DNA of 52,375 nucleotides from Octopus sinensis (lineage: Eukaryota), in contig NW_021829608.1 of the NCBI RefSeq assembly GCF_006345805.1, forward strand, positions 1-52,375, given 5' to 3'. The position numbers and the translations under genes were made by a program. Numbering within the stretch: position 1 is the stretch's first letter; every line of letters starts with the position of its first letter. The notes under the pieces were generated by a model. That model was not told the origin of the DNA. It did not search any database and worked only from the letters and a program-made list of their open reading frames with translations. This document shows, in pieces, positions 22,791-34,466 of the stretch.

Positions 22791-23386
22791 GGAAGAAACG
22801 GGGAGGATACGGAGAAGGAGAAAAATGTTAAAAATGTATGTTAGAGGAAATATTTTTCGTTTATTTTCCAAAATTTTGTTTTGAAGTTGTTATTTTTGAG
22901 TGTACGTATGTATCAATAGATGAACGTGTGCGTGTGCGTGTGTGTGTGTGTGTGCATGCGTCTGCTTTTGTGAGTATGGTGTATATATGTGCATCGCATC
23001 TGTCTCTGTATGTTTATATGCTTGTACATGCCTTGGTATACGAGTGTGCGTATATATATTGTTTGTGCATGAGATGATAATACTCTGATTAACAAACTAC
23101 CAAGCAACATATTCTAAGGTGCAGGTGTTTGACGTTTCCTCTGCAATAATTGTTGAATATAATTTATAGAATTTTAATAAGTTTTATTGCCATATTCGTG
23201 TTGGCTTATTTCAGAGTCTGAAAGCGTTTTTCTGAAAATACAGAGAAAATTCAGAGCAAATAGCATACAGCTATGAAAACGCCTACGTTATAATGTGCGT
23301 TTATAAACCTGGATATTGACGACTGTATAATACGTAATGAAAGTATATATACATGTACATATATATATATATATAATATATATATA

Positions 23387-23433
<47 letters not shown>

Positions 23434-23476
23434 ATGTGTAACTCAACACACAACACACACATATATATATATATAT

Positions 23477-23743
23477 GGAAGCACTCCGTCGGTTACGACG
23501 ATGAGGGTTCCGGTTGATCCGAATCAACGGAACAGCCTGCCCGTGAAATTAACGTGTAAGTGGCTGAGCACTCCACAGACACGTGCACCCTTAACGTAGT
23601 TCTCGGGGATATTCAGCGTGACACAGAGAGTGACAAGGCCGCCCCATTGAAGTACAGGTACAACAGAAACAGGAAGTAGAGTGAGAGAAATGTGGTGAAA
23701 GAGTACAGCAGGGATCCCCCCTGACGGAGCCTCGTGGAGCTTT
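23477..23743 (-). mobile_element. 5'-truncated SINE, family E
   Basis: ggaagcactccgtcggttacgacg...ccttaacgtagttctc...cagcgtgaca...cctcgtggagcttt, which I recall as the 3' part of a cephalopod SINE. A degenerate sense-strand relative lies at about 40795-40950. The head is cut off by (TA)n and the PLE. Confidence 0.6.
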
Positions 23744-23763
23744 TATATATATGAATATATATA

Positions 23764-26700
23764 TATACAATATGTTTCATTACTCGGTAGTCAAGATAAA
23801 ACTCTGAGGTTTCAGATGCCGAAGTGGAAATCCACAACACCATCTCTTCGGTTATCTGGCTATTTGAAAACGTTATGAAAAATACCGTTAAAATGAGGGA
23901 AATTACTCTGTTATAACTCTGCTTTGCCTGCGTACTTATACATCGCTCGCATTTTTCGTCATAAAAATTATATAAAAATACATAAAAATATAAAAAATAT
24001 GTAAAAATCTCTTGGGACATAACACAGAAAGCATGTTCTATCCGTTTTCTTTAGGGGACCAAAAACGTAACAGAAATTTAGTCACATGTGGGCATGATCC
24101 GAAAGCTCTGTCCTTGTATTTAGAATGTGGTAGGGTCTAAGCTGCTTTTCCAGATAAGCCATCTCTCCATGTCGCATAAACCGCACCTTCCGCTGCCGTT
24201 AGTGTAGGGCTTACATCTGGCCAAAATCTTCCATTGTATGTTATAATCGACACCTTTATCTCTTAAAGACCAAATATGATTGGATAATTGTGTCGCTTTT
24301 CTTTTGTTCCAGTGCCTAAAGTCCAAAGTGTGGTTATTGAACCTGGCCTTGAAATTACCCTCTGTCAGGCCCACGTATTTCTTCGTCAAAACGGTGTCTT
24401 TAGTGGTTATAGAGTTTACGGTAGCTTCATATATGATGGTCTTGGACATGCAAGCTCCATTTAGCGGGCACAATTCTTTATTCCTGCATGAACAGCTGTT
24501 TTTTTTGTGTTTTTGTATGTTATGATTGATTATGTTTTTAAAATTGGTAGTTGAACTAAAACTAATTTTTAAATTGTGTCTATTGAAGAGTTTCCTATAA
24601 GCATGGTTAACTGGAAAATGTCTATCTATCAGTGCTAGGAAATATTTACCTATATTGAAGGCCACCTCGGGTGAGTAAAGGGGCGTAAACCAGATGACCT
24701 TCCTATTTCTATATTCCTTTTCCTTACTGTTGGGCTGGTGATAGTGTATATTTTATTTTTTTCGCTAAAACCACTATCTTTTAAAGCTTTATTATAAACT
24801 GGGGCAACGCTATTGAAGATGTCCTCATTAGATGAGAGGCTAGAAATCCTCTACTAATATTTTTAACTAAATTTTTGAATAATTAGAGGGGATGGCATGA
24901 ACCTACATTAATATAACTTAGTCTATCATTGGGCTTCCTATAAGGCTTATAAATATTATTATTAAGATCTAAGGAAACGTCTAAGAAAATTGAAACCGTC
25001 AGGTTAGTGTCTATAGTTATACTAAGTCCGAAGTGTTCATTAACTGGATAATATCCTTCCTAAAACGATCTTTTGCGGTCCATTTGTATTAGCTGTTAAG
25101 GCGAGGGCATCTTTGTAGATGGCGAAATGTACGTTAGGGAATGTCTTACCGAAGGTATCTAGGAGAAAGAGTCCAATTAGATCACAGATGCCTGCCCCAT
25201 CATATGAACCCATGCTCACATCGAAAGCGCCCTCCGTGTCGGTTTTTTTACCCACTTTGCATTCTCACTGAAAAGTAATGTCTTTCTAGCATGGAAGATT
25301 ATATCCTTATCATTGGTACTAATTTCTATGAAGTCACTAGCGAAGATTAGGGCTTTACTAGCAGTTCTTTAGAGATAGAGGCATAAAAATCAACAATATC
25401 GAATTGTGTAAACTCGCTTTTTTTCTTATTCTTAATAGCTGTAAACCAGTCTACGACTTCTATACTATTGGACCATTGCACTAGCCTAGTATCGGTCTTA
25501 ATTTTCGTATTATTTTATCTAAAATTTCTTTGCTAACAACCCCTAGTTCTGACTTGGCTGGGTTGATAAGCCTACATTTAGGGTTGGAAAGGAAGTTTTC
25601 GTTGTGATCTTTAATAGTAATAAAGGCCTCTTTTTTTGGGGAGGGTTTCTATTTTTTCATCTAATTTAATTTTAGCGGCGATGACGCTAGCTTTTATTAA
25701 TTCGTTATATGTCTGTGGCCCTAGCCTTAGTATAATATTAGTAATGATGTTGTTTGTAAGAGTTGTATGTATTTGCTGTTATCTACCAGGTATAAGTTCT
25801 TGGTTTTATCCGAAAAAGTGCTTTTTTTCTTGGAGCTTTTATATGATCAATATCTTTTTTCAATTTATGTTGGAAATTGTTAAAAGACTTACGAAACTTT
25901 ATTTTGCTCATGATCTCAGCAGGTCCGCTTCGAAATCTTCCAAGCCTTTAATCCTAGGAGGGAATTTTTTATATTTTATCCGATAGAAAATGTTTTCCTT
26001 GGTGTTCGCTTCTGTGTCAAAAAAGAAAGCCTTCCATCTCATACGCTTAATTACATCAGTAATTTTTTGCAGAAGTTTCTTAGAGTAAAAATCCTTTGAT
26101 GGGATCGGTATTTTTTCATAGAATAATCTATGTGATATGCGTCCATATTAGATTCTTTTGTTTTTGAGAGTCCTCAACCGATGTTAGGCGATAATCCCAA
26201 AAAGGTCGTATTAGCTCTTAGTTGAGAATAACGTCGTCCGGGAGGTGTTTATTGATAAAACGGTAAGATAACAAAAGAAAGAAAGAGACCTCAATATTAT
26301 GTAAATAGAGGAAATTTATCTATACAATATGTTACATTACTCGGTAGTCAAGATAAAACTCTGAGTTTCAGATGCCGAAGTGGAAATCCACAACACCATC
26401 TCTTCGGTTATCTGGCTATTTGAAAACGTTATGAAAAAATACCGTTAAAAATGAAGGGAAATTACTCTGTTATAACTCTGCACAATTATCCAATCATATT
26501 TGGTCTTTAAGAGATAAAGGTGTCGATTATAACATACAATGGAAGATTTTGGCCAGATGTAAGCCCTACACTAACGGCAGCGGAAGGCGCGGTTTATGCG
26601 ACATGGAGAGATGTCTTATCTGGAAAAGCAGCTTAGACCCTACCACATGTCTAAATACAAGGACAGAGCTTTTCGGATCATGCCCACATGTGACTAAATT

Positions 26701-27103
26701 TCTGTTACGTTTTTGGTCCCCTAAAGAAAACGGATAGAACATGCTTTCTGTGTTATGTCCCAAGAAGATTTTATATATTTTTATATATTTTTATATATTT
26801 TTATGTATTTTTTTATGTATTTTTATATAATTTTTATGACGAAAAATGCGAGCGATGTATAAGTACGCAGGCAAAGCAGAGTTATAACAGAGTAATTTCC
26901 CTTCATTTTTAACGGTATTTTTTCATAACGTTTTCAAATAGCCAGATAACCGAAGAGATGGTGTTTGGGATTTCCACTTCGGCATCTGAACTCAGAGTTT
27001 TATCTTGACTACCGAAATGTAACATATTGTAAGATAATTTCCTCTCTATTTACATAATATTGAGGTCTCTTTCTTTCTTTTGTTATCTTACCGTTTTATA
27101 ATC

Positions 27104-27107
<4 letters not shown>
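23764..27107 (-). mobile_element. Near-full-length Penelope-like element with 3' pLTR, partial 5' pLTR and an upstream inverted pLTR
   Basis: Minus ORF remnants run from the ATG at 26146 (MDAYHIDYSMKKIPIPS) through RT (FDVSMGSYDGAGICDLIGLFLL), thumb (KPYRKPND...HP) and CSCRNKELCPLNGAC to GIY-YIG (IIYEATV...KKYVGLTEGNFKARFNNH). pLTR copies lie at 23764-about 24180 (-), about 26250-26480 (-) and 26481-27107 (+). (TA)n flanks both ends. Confidence 0.93.
24050..26146 (-). pseudogene. PLE reverse transcriptase / GIY-YIG endonuclease ORF, disrupted
   Basis: ORF pieces 24120-24665 and 25040-25255 plus by-eye translation. Several stops and frameshifts; the catalytic YxDD reads YKDA. Confidence 0.9.
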
Positions 27108-27140
<33 letters not shown>

Positions 27141-27290
27141 CATAGATATATATAATTGAATAGCGACAGAAGCAGTATTAGTACTAAAGGCAAGCTTTAT
27201 CTCCGACTTACTGGATGTTATGTTAGGACCAGAATACTGCCTTATTCACGTAGTGGGGACCTTTCGTAGTACACAAAGCACTCGAATATA

Positions 27291-27804
27291 CCTTAAATCC
27301 TCGAGTATTATCTGCATTTTGTTTTTCTAAAATTTAAAGGTCAAAATCCCTAGTACGTTGGTTAAAAATGAAAAATATTTTCTAAGCAATGTCCGAGTCT
27401 CTATTTGCTGTCCGGCAATGTTTATTCAGACGCATTTTGTGATGTCGGGCGTGAAAATACCTTAAGCTAAGCCTGAGAGCAATGAAGTCATAAAAGAATC
27501 ATCCATAACTTGCAGTAAGCAACATTTATTAAAATAAAAGTATTCAGAACACAGAATCACATGTAACACAAACAATTTGCAAACATATTTACATTCCCAT
27601 ATAACAATTAAGAACATCACCATTATTATATTACGCATACGCGGAAGTGTTTGTTCGACTAGGTGTTGCTGGCTTAATTACACACGTCTCAAGTTAGAGA
27701 AGGGGTGCGTATTATACACAAAGTTTAGTTTTTTCAGATGTACAGTCCCCTAAAAATCCCCTGCGTATTATACTCAAGGGCGGACTATACTCGAGGATTT
27801 ACGG
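27291..27804 (+). mobile_element. Tigger/pogo-like MITE
   Basis: TA|ccttaaatcctcgagtatt at the left end and atactcgaggatttacgg|TA at the right end. The CCGTAAATCCTCGAGTATA-type termini recall pogo/Tigger TIRs. Confidence 0.7.
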
Positions 27805-28223
27805 TATATCGTTGACAGACGAGAACTATCGTCTACGGTCGCCGGAACTGCCAGATCACGTGATTTCACCCTGTTCTGAGCTCCTCAGTGACAGCTTTAT
27901 ACCCGAACTTTCATGGATAGACAACTTCCTTTCGGTTCATGTCTAAGGAGGGGGAGTGACCACACTACAACATTGAAATTTACAATATGGCAGTTCCGGC
28001 GACTGCAGAGGACAGTTCTGGTCTGACAACGATATACCGTAAATCCTCGAGTATAGTCCGCCCTTGAGTATAATGCGCAGGGGATTTCTAGAGGACTGTA
28101 CTTCTGAAAAACCTAAACCTTGTGTATGATACGCACCCCTTCTCCAACTTGATGTCGTGTGTAATTAAGCCAGCAACACCTAGTCGAACAAACACTTCCG
28201 CGCATGCGTAATACAATATGGTG
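27618..28223. repeat. Palindrome with about 235-bp arms that duplicates a MITE end plus hammerhead flank
   Basis: Arms at 27618-27853 and 27988-28223, roughly 85-90% identical by eye. Confidence 0.85.
27848..27894 (-). ncRNA. Type I hammerhead ribozyme
   Basis: The minus strand reads CTGTCA-CTGAGGA-GCTC-agaaca-GGGT-GAAA-TCACGTGA-TC-TGGCAG. Stem I has 6 or more bp, stem III is the palindrome AUCACGUGAU, and the cleavage triplet is AUC. Stem II has two G-U pairs. Confidence 0.72.
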
Positions 28224-28359
28224 AAATTTGTCTATGTAAAGAGCCCTTTAGTACCCAGTCTTATCGTGTCCCATTTTCACACAATGAAGTAGGGATGCTT
28301 ATTTAACGAAATGGTTAGCAACTTTAAACGAATAAAACAACTCAACAAAAAACATCCAG

Positions 28360-29325
28360 TACATACGCACATACATACATACTTACATACATACATACAT
28401 ACACACGTACATACATACATACATACATACATACATACATACACACATACATACATACATACATACATACACACATACATACATACATACATACATACAT
28501 ACATACATACATACATACACACATACATACATACATACATACATACATACATACATACATACATACACACATACATACATACATACATACATACACACAT
28601 ACATACATACATGCATACATACATACATACAAACATACATACATACATACATACATACATACATACACACATACATACATTCATACATACATACATACAT
28701 ACATACATGCATGCATACATACATAAATGCATGCATGCATACATACATACATACATACATACATACATACACACATACATACATACATACATACAAACAT
28801 ACGTACATACATACATACACACATACATACATTCATACATACATACATACATACATGCATGCATGCATGCATACATACATACATACATGCATGCATGCAT
28901 ACATACATACATACATACATACATACATACATACAAACATACATACAAACATACATACACACATACATACATACATACATTCATACTACATACATGCATG
29001 CATGCATACATACATACATACATAACATGCATACATACATACAAACATACATACACACATACATACACATACATACATACATACACCTACACACCATTCA
29101 TACATACATACATACATACATACATACATACAACATCTTACATACATACATACACACATAACATAAATACATACATAATACAATACATCATACATGCATG
29201 CATACATGCATGCATACATACAATAACATACATACACACATACATACATACACACATACATACATTCACATACTACATACATACATACATACACACATAC
29301 ATACATACATACATACTACTATTAC
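28360..29325. repeat. Long (TACA)n array
   Basis: Direct reading. It is the source of the spurious 269-aa and 469-aa ORFs. Confidence 0.97.
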
Positions 29326-29356
29326 TACTATTACTTACTGCTGCTGCTACTACTAG

Positions 29357-29396
<40 letters not shown>

Positions 29397-29599
29397 TACT
29401 TCTACTACTACTGCTACTACTACTATTACTGCTACTACTACTACTACTACTGCTGCTACAACTACTACCACTACTGCTACTACTACTACTACTACTGCCA
29501 CTACTACTACTGCTGCTGCTGCTACTACTACTACTTACTTACTACTACTACTACTACTACTACCACTACTACTACCACCACTACTACTACTACTACTAC
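29326..29599. repeat. (TAC)n/(TGC)n trinucleotide array
   Basis: Direct reading of the sequence. Confidence 0.95.
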
Positions 29600-30029
29600 A
29601 ATGAGATCTGGGATAGTGGGATTCGTCCTCCTGTCTCAGGAGGACATCACTATCACACTGTTTTTCCGGTGTGCATTAAGATTTATTCTATTTTTACTGT
29701 ACACCGTATATAACTTTTAGTTCTATTTCTATATTATTCCATTTTATATAAATCACTACAGTTTATGTCTGTCTTTGTATTGCAGCCCACCGCCATCTCA
29801 TCCGTCACCCTGTTGGCGCATAAAAGAAATCATTATTATTATTATTGAGATGGTCACCATATTGTGAAGCTTCAGCTTCTTAGGGCGCTGTAAGTTTTGA
29901 GAGACTTATCAATCTTTTCGGTTGGTTAAGACGTATTCAGTGATCGATAATTTTGTGATAATTTATTTTTCTTGAGATTGTCTGGATTGCGGATCTTGGG
30001 GATGCAAACCAGTGGTATTTATTTTTGAA

Positions 30030-30259
30030 GGCGGCGAGCTGGCAGAAACGTTAGCACGCCGAGCAAAATGCTTAGCGGTATTTCGTCTGCGTTACATTCT
30101 GAGTTCAAATTCCGCCAAGGTCGACTTTGCCTTTCATCCTTTCGGGGTCGATAAATTAAGTACCAGTTACGCACTGGGGTCGATGTAATCGACTTAATAC
30201 CTATGTCTGTCCTTGTTTGTCCCCTCTATGTTCAGCCCCTTGTGGGTAATAAACAAATA
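30030..30259 (+). mobile_element. tRNA-derived SINE, family C (full length) with a 16-bp TSD
   Basis: Head GGCGGCGAGCTGGCAGAAACGTTAGC...GAGTTCAAATTCC and central GCCTTTCATCCTTTCGGGGTCGATAAATTAAGTACCAG. The TSD GGTATTTATTTTTGAA lies at 30014-30029 and 30260-30275. Confidence 0.92.
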
Positions 30260-30435
30260 GGTATTTATTTTTGAATTTCCCTAAGATCGAAAATAATATC
30301 GTAACATGATACAGTCAGTAATAATAACACTAGTTTACAAAAGAGAAATTGAGACAAACATAAAAATAGTTATATTACATTTCTAAATATCTCAGAGAGA
30401 TATGAGCAGTGGTGGTACGATAGAGCAGTTGTATA

Positions 30436-30654
30436 TGGGACTGTCACGTTAAGTTGACAGTATAAAAATAGTTTCCCCTCTGTGTATAGCCCCTTGTGGG
30501 CAGTAAAGAAATAAGTATATAAATAGTTCTTTCTAGTCTAATTTTGGGGTGCTGATTTCAGATACAAAACCAGTTTTTCACTCATCACCTCTAGTTTTTG
30601 AGATATACATTATTATGAGTGGTTGTATACTGTCAACATAACGTGACAGTCCCG
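30436..30654. mobile_element. TA-flanked MITE with about 28-bp TIRs
   Basis: gggactgtcacgttaagttgacagtata ... tatactgtcaacataacgtgacagtccc, with TA at 30434-35 and 30655-56. It contains a SINE-C tail fragment at about 30478-30520. Confidence 0.8.
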
Positions 30655-30781
30655 TAAAAGGAATTACCTCACCGCTATTTAGCCCTAGGAAGCATCGACG
30701 CTTCCTGTCGGCTTTGACACATTTCCTGTGTCCTTATATTTGCGAAGGGGAGGCAAGCACACCCACCAGCTGGGGCTAGAA

Positions 30782-30829
30782 CCTAGAGACATGCATGTTT
30801 CTGAGTCCATTGCTCGTCATCAGTCTCGG
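30782..30829 (-). ncRNA. Type I hammerhead ribozyme
   Basis: The minus strand reads CCGAGA-CTGATGA-CGAG-caatgga-CTCA-GAAAC-ATGCAT-GTC-TCTAGG. The core is canonical, stem III is the palindrome ACAUGCAUGU, and stems I and II each carry one mismatch. Confidence 0.75.
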
Positions 30830-30964
30830 GTAGCCAGTCCTGCTAGTTGAGATAACTGCCAAGCCTTTGCAAATATATATATTTTCAGTGAAATCTATTC
30901 ACTGGTCACCGAAATTAGAAATATTGAATTGCTAGATTTTGCGACAATGCATGTAAACATATAT

Positions 30965-31358
30965 ACTCTCTTTACTCTTTACTCTTTTACATGTTTCAGT
31001 TATTTGACTGCGGCCATGCTGGAGCACCGCCTTTAGTCGAGAAAATCGACCCCGGGACTTATTCTTTGTAAGCCCAGTACTTATTCTATCGGTCTCTTTT
31101 GCCGAACCGCTAAGTAACGGGGACGTAAACACACCAACATCGGTTGTCAAGCAATGCTAGGGGGACAAACACAGACACACAAACACATACACACACATAC
31201 ATATATATGCATATATACTACAGGCTTCTTTCAGTTTCCGTCTACCAAATCCACTCCCAAGGCAGAAGACACTTGCCCAAGATGCCACGCAGTGGGACTG
31301 AAACCGGAACCATGTGGCTGGTTAGCAAGCTACTTACCACACAGCCACTCCTGCGCCT
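30965..31358 (-). mobile_element. SINE, family A
   Basis: Homologous to 4807-5228, with a small internal deletion. Confidence 0.9.
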
Positions 31359-32786
31359 ATATATGATCAGATTTTTTTTTTTCCAGCTTTTGTGATATAT
31401 ATGATACATATCTCTACAATGCCTTTAGGGACTTCAAAACATCGAAGATTCATAAACAAGGCAAATTCATTCTGCTGCGACAGTTGCACAACGCCGAACA
31501 ATTACCTCCATCCTATGAACCACTTACTTTCATTATTTTGACTGTAAAATTGGAGATCAGGACAAATCCTAGGCCCCACACATCTATTGTAAACCCAGCT
31601 ACAATGGACTAACTGCATTGTTTAACGGAAAGAAGGCAGCCTACAACTTTGCTGTCCCGATGATAGCAATGCAGATGATGTTATTTTTGTCTAACAAATA
31701 TAACAGGTTTCAATTCTTCTTCTAGAGAATAGATCAAACATCCCAACCTTCCCTCAGTCGGCTTCCCACTCAAATGACCTCCCTGTCCCTACACCCCCAG
31801 CAAATAAGGATCCTATTCCTTCATCAGATGAAGAAATGTCTTCAGAAGAAGATTCTGCCAAGTCGGTCTCTTCTGAAGACAATGTCTCCTGTTTATTCAG
31901 GCGCAAGCGGCAATAAGTCCCACTGGGTCCACGCAGGAAGACCTGAATGACCTTGTCCATGATTTGTATCTATCTAAGCAGCGGTCAGAGCTCCTAGCAT
32001 CCCGGCTTAAGCAGGTGTAAGTATCACCAGTTTCAGAACATCAAACTAGGACACTGCTTCATTCTCCGACATGGTAAACAGGTTGTGCTGCTGCACAAAT
32101 GTCTCTGGATTGTTCACCTTCTTTGAATTCCCACACGATCCCTCAGACTGGCGTCTTTTCATAGGCACTTCCAAGCGAAGTCTGAAGACTGTGCACCTGC
32201 ACAATGGGAATAAATACCTCAGCAGTCCATTGCTTACTCAATCCATCTGATGGGGTCATATGGCGATATGGCGATCCTTTTGGAAGCTGTCAAGTACAAC
32301 CAGTACCGGTGGAGTCTTTGCGGAGACCTCAAGGTCATTGGGCTACTTATAGGCGTGCAAATGGGCTTCACAAAGTACCGTTGCTTTCTATGTCTCTGGG
32401 GCAGACAGGCTGTGTCCAAGCACTACAAGCAGAAGGATTGGGGATCTAGAAATACTTTCGTACCTGATGAACACAGTGTCCAAGAAAATCCTCTGGTGGA
32501 CATGAGCAAGGTGCTTCTTCCTCCTCAAAATATCAGGCTTGGTTTCATGGAGAATTTCGTGTAGGCCAGGGAGAAAATATAGTACTGCTTTCCAACACTT
32601 TTGCACTCTGTTCCCAGCTTTGAGTTCTCCTAAGCTCAAGGAGGGCATCTTCGGCAGACCTCAGATTCGAGAGGTGCTGAAGGATAAGTACTTTGAGGAG
32701 CTTCTTACCTTCAAGGAACTGAGAGCATGAGAAGCATTTATGTTATTCTGCCGTGGCTTCCTTGGTAACACACGGGTACTAGATTA

Positions 32787-32946
32787 CAGGAGTGGCTGTG
32801 TAGTAAGTAGCTTGCTTACCAACCACATAGTTCCGGGTTCAGTCCCACTGCGTGGCATCTTAGGCAAGTGTCTTCTGCTATAGCCCCGGGCAGACCAAAG
32901 CCTTGTGAGTGGATTTGTAGAAGGAAACTGAAAGAAGCCTGTCGTA

Positions 32947-32986
<40 letters not shown>

Positions 32987-33203
32987 ATGTGTGTGTGGTG
33001 TTTGTGTGTCTATGTTTGTCCCCCCAACATCGCTTGACAACCGATGCTGGTGTGTTTACGTCCCCGTCACTTAGCGGTTCGGCAAAAGAGACCGATAGAA
33101 TAAGTACTGGGCTTACAAAGAATAAGTCCCGGGGTCGATTTGCTCGACTAAAGGCGATGCTCCAGCATGGCCGCAGTCAAATGACTGAAACAAGTAAGAA
33201 GAG

Positions 33204-33242
<39 letters not shown>
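32787..33242 (+). mobile_element. SINE, family A with a (GA)n tail, inserted into the transposase
   Basis: The transposase frame FLGNTRVLDY stops at the SINE and resumes DKLLQS after the (GA)n tract. Confidence 0.9.
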
Positions 33243-33245
<3 letters not shown>

Positions 33246-33755
33246 AGTTGTTACAGTCTAATGAGGATATGGGATGCCGGATGTCACTCAAAATTCACTT
33301 TCACCACTCCCACCCCAACTTCTTCTTTCCAAAGCTCTGAACAGTGAGTGATGAGCATGGAGAACAGTCCCATCAAGATATTACTAAATTGGAGAGCAAC
33401 TACCAAGGCAAGTTGAACCCCAGCACGATGGAGAACTTTTGCTGGAAGCTCTTGCGTGTCATCCCGTAGGCAAAGTACATAATATCGTTTAAAAAAACTC
33501 ACTTCTGTCTGCTTGCTGTCCTATGATTTGTCTGTATTGTATTATCCAAGCAATTTAGTTCCATCAACGTTCTGTACCTACACTGTTCTTCTTTTTTTCC
33601 CTGTAATATGCCTTTGTAACAAATGAAATAAACACATTATATTTTTTGAATTTATATGCCGTATAATTAAAATGGGATATGCGAAAGCAAAAAAAAAAAA
33701 TCTAGAGGTGATAGAGCAAAACTGTTCAGAAAATTGAATTCACAACATCAAAATT

Positions 33756-33788
<33 letters not shown>

Positions 33789-33984
33789 ACACCTATTCAC
33801 ATCCTTGCCTCGGAGCAAAGAACAAAAATTTTTGTAGACCAGTAGTGTAATCGATTGCGGAAAGCGTTCCGTCGACACAGTTCCGAGTGCCAATGGAACC
33901 ATGACAACGGGAACATGACGTCAAATGACAAACAAGTTGCAGCTGGAACAAATTTATCGAATCTCAGTTCGCGAAGTATCGTCG

Positions 33985-34330
33985 TCGTCGTCTTGTTATG
34001 ACGACGGAAACACCTGCAAAAACTCAAGTAGGAACGGTAACAACAACAACAACAACAGCAGCAGCAACAACAACAGAGCCAACAATAGCAACAGTAACGA
34101 CAATGTATTTAAATAAAGCAGCAGCCGTAGCGGCGGCAGCAGTAGCAGCAAAAGCAAGAACGTGATAAACAACAAAACATCAACAACAACAACAGCAAAA
34201 ACAACAAGAACAAAATCGAAGACAGCATCAAGAACGAAGTCAACCAAAGCAACAGGAACCACTGCGATAGAAACAAGAACTGTGTACAAAAACAACAACA
34301 ATAGCAGCATAAAGATCCACAACAACAACT
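33985..34330. repeat. Degenerate (AAC)/(AGC) trinucleotide low-complexity tract
   Basis: Direct reading of the sequence. Confidence 0.8.
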
Positions 34331-34466
34331 CTTTATCGTTTTAACTCCATTTATTTATTTATATATGTAATACAAGAACATTTCACTAAACCCTCGAACT
34401 TCTATCTTTATAAGTAGGCTGTGACATCCTTGGTACTTTAGGTGAATATTTTTGCTACTCTAGTAA

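Larger units (their letters stand above)
30900..33844 (+). mobile_element. Decayed DNA transposon, probably Chapaev3 (CMC), interrupted by two SINEs
   Basis: The termini are CACTGGTCA... and ...tagaccagta. Transposase remnants are DLVHDLYLSKQRSELLASRLK, WRLFIGTSKRSLK, LCGDLKVIGLLIGVQMGFTKYRCFLCLW, LLPPQNIRLGFM, GCRMSLKIHF and VSDEHGEQSHQDI. Superfamily assigned from recalled motifs only. Confidence 0.75.

Noticed and set aside
27940-27995. CTAAGGA...GAAATTTACAATA-TGGCAG as a second hammerhead in the palindrome spacer
   Set aside because: G5 is mutated, and there is no stem I partner or convincing stem II.
28277-29720. 269-aa and 469-aa ORFs, and the many other MYVC/HTYI/IYIY/SIYL ORFs throughout the track
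   Set aside because: They are translations of (TACA)n, (TA)n, (TAC)n and (GATA)n microsatellites, which lack stops in some frames.
33900-34344. Short T/A/N-rich ORFs as a mucin-like exon
   Set aside because: This is a degenerate trinucleotide tract with stops in all long frames and no convincing splice sites.
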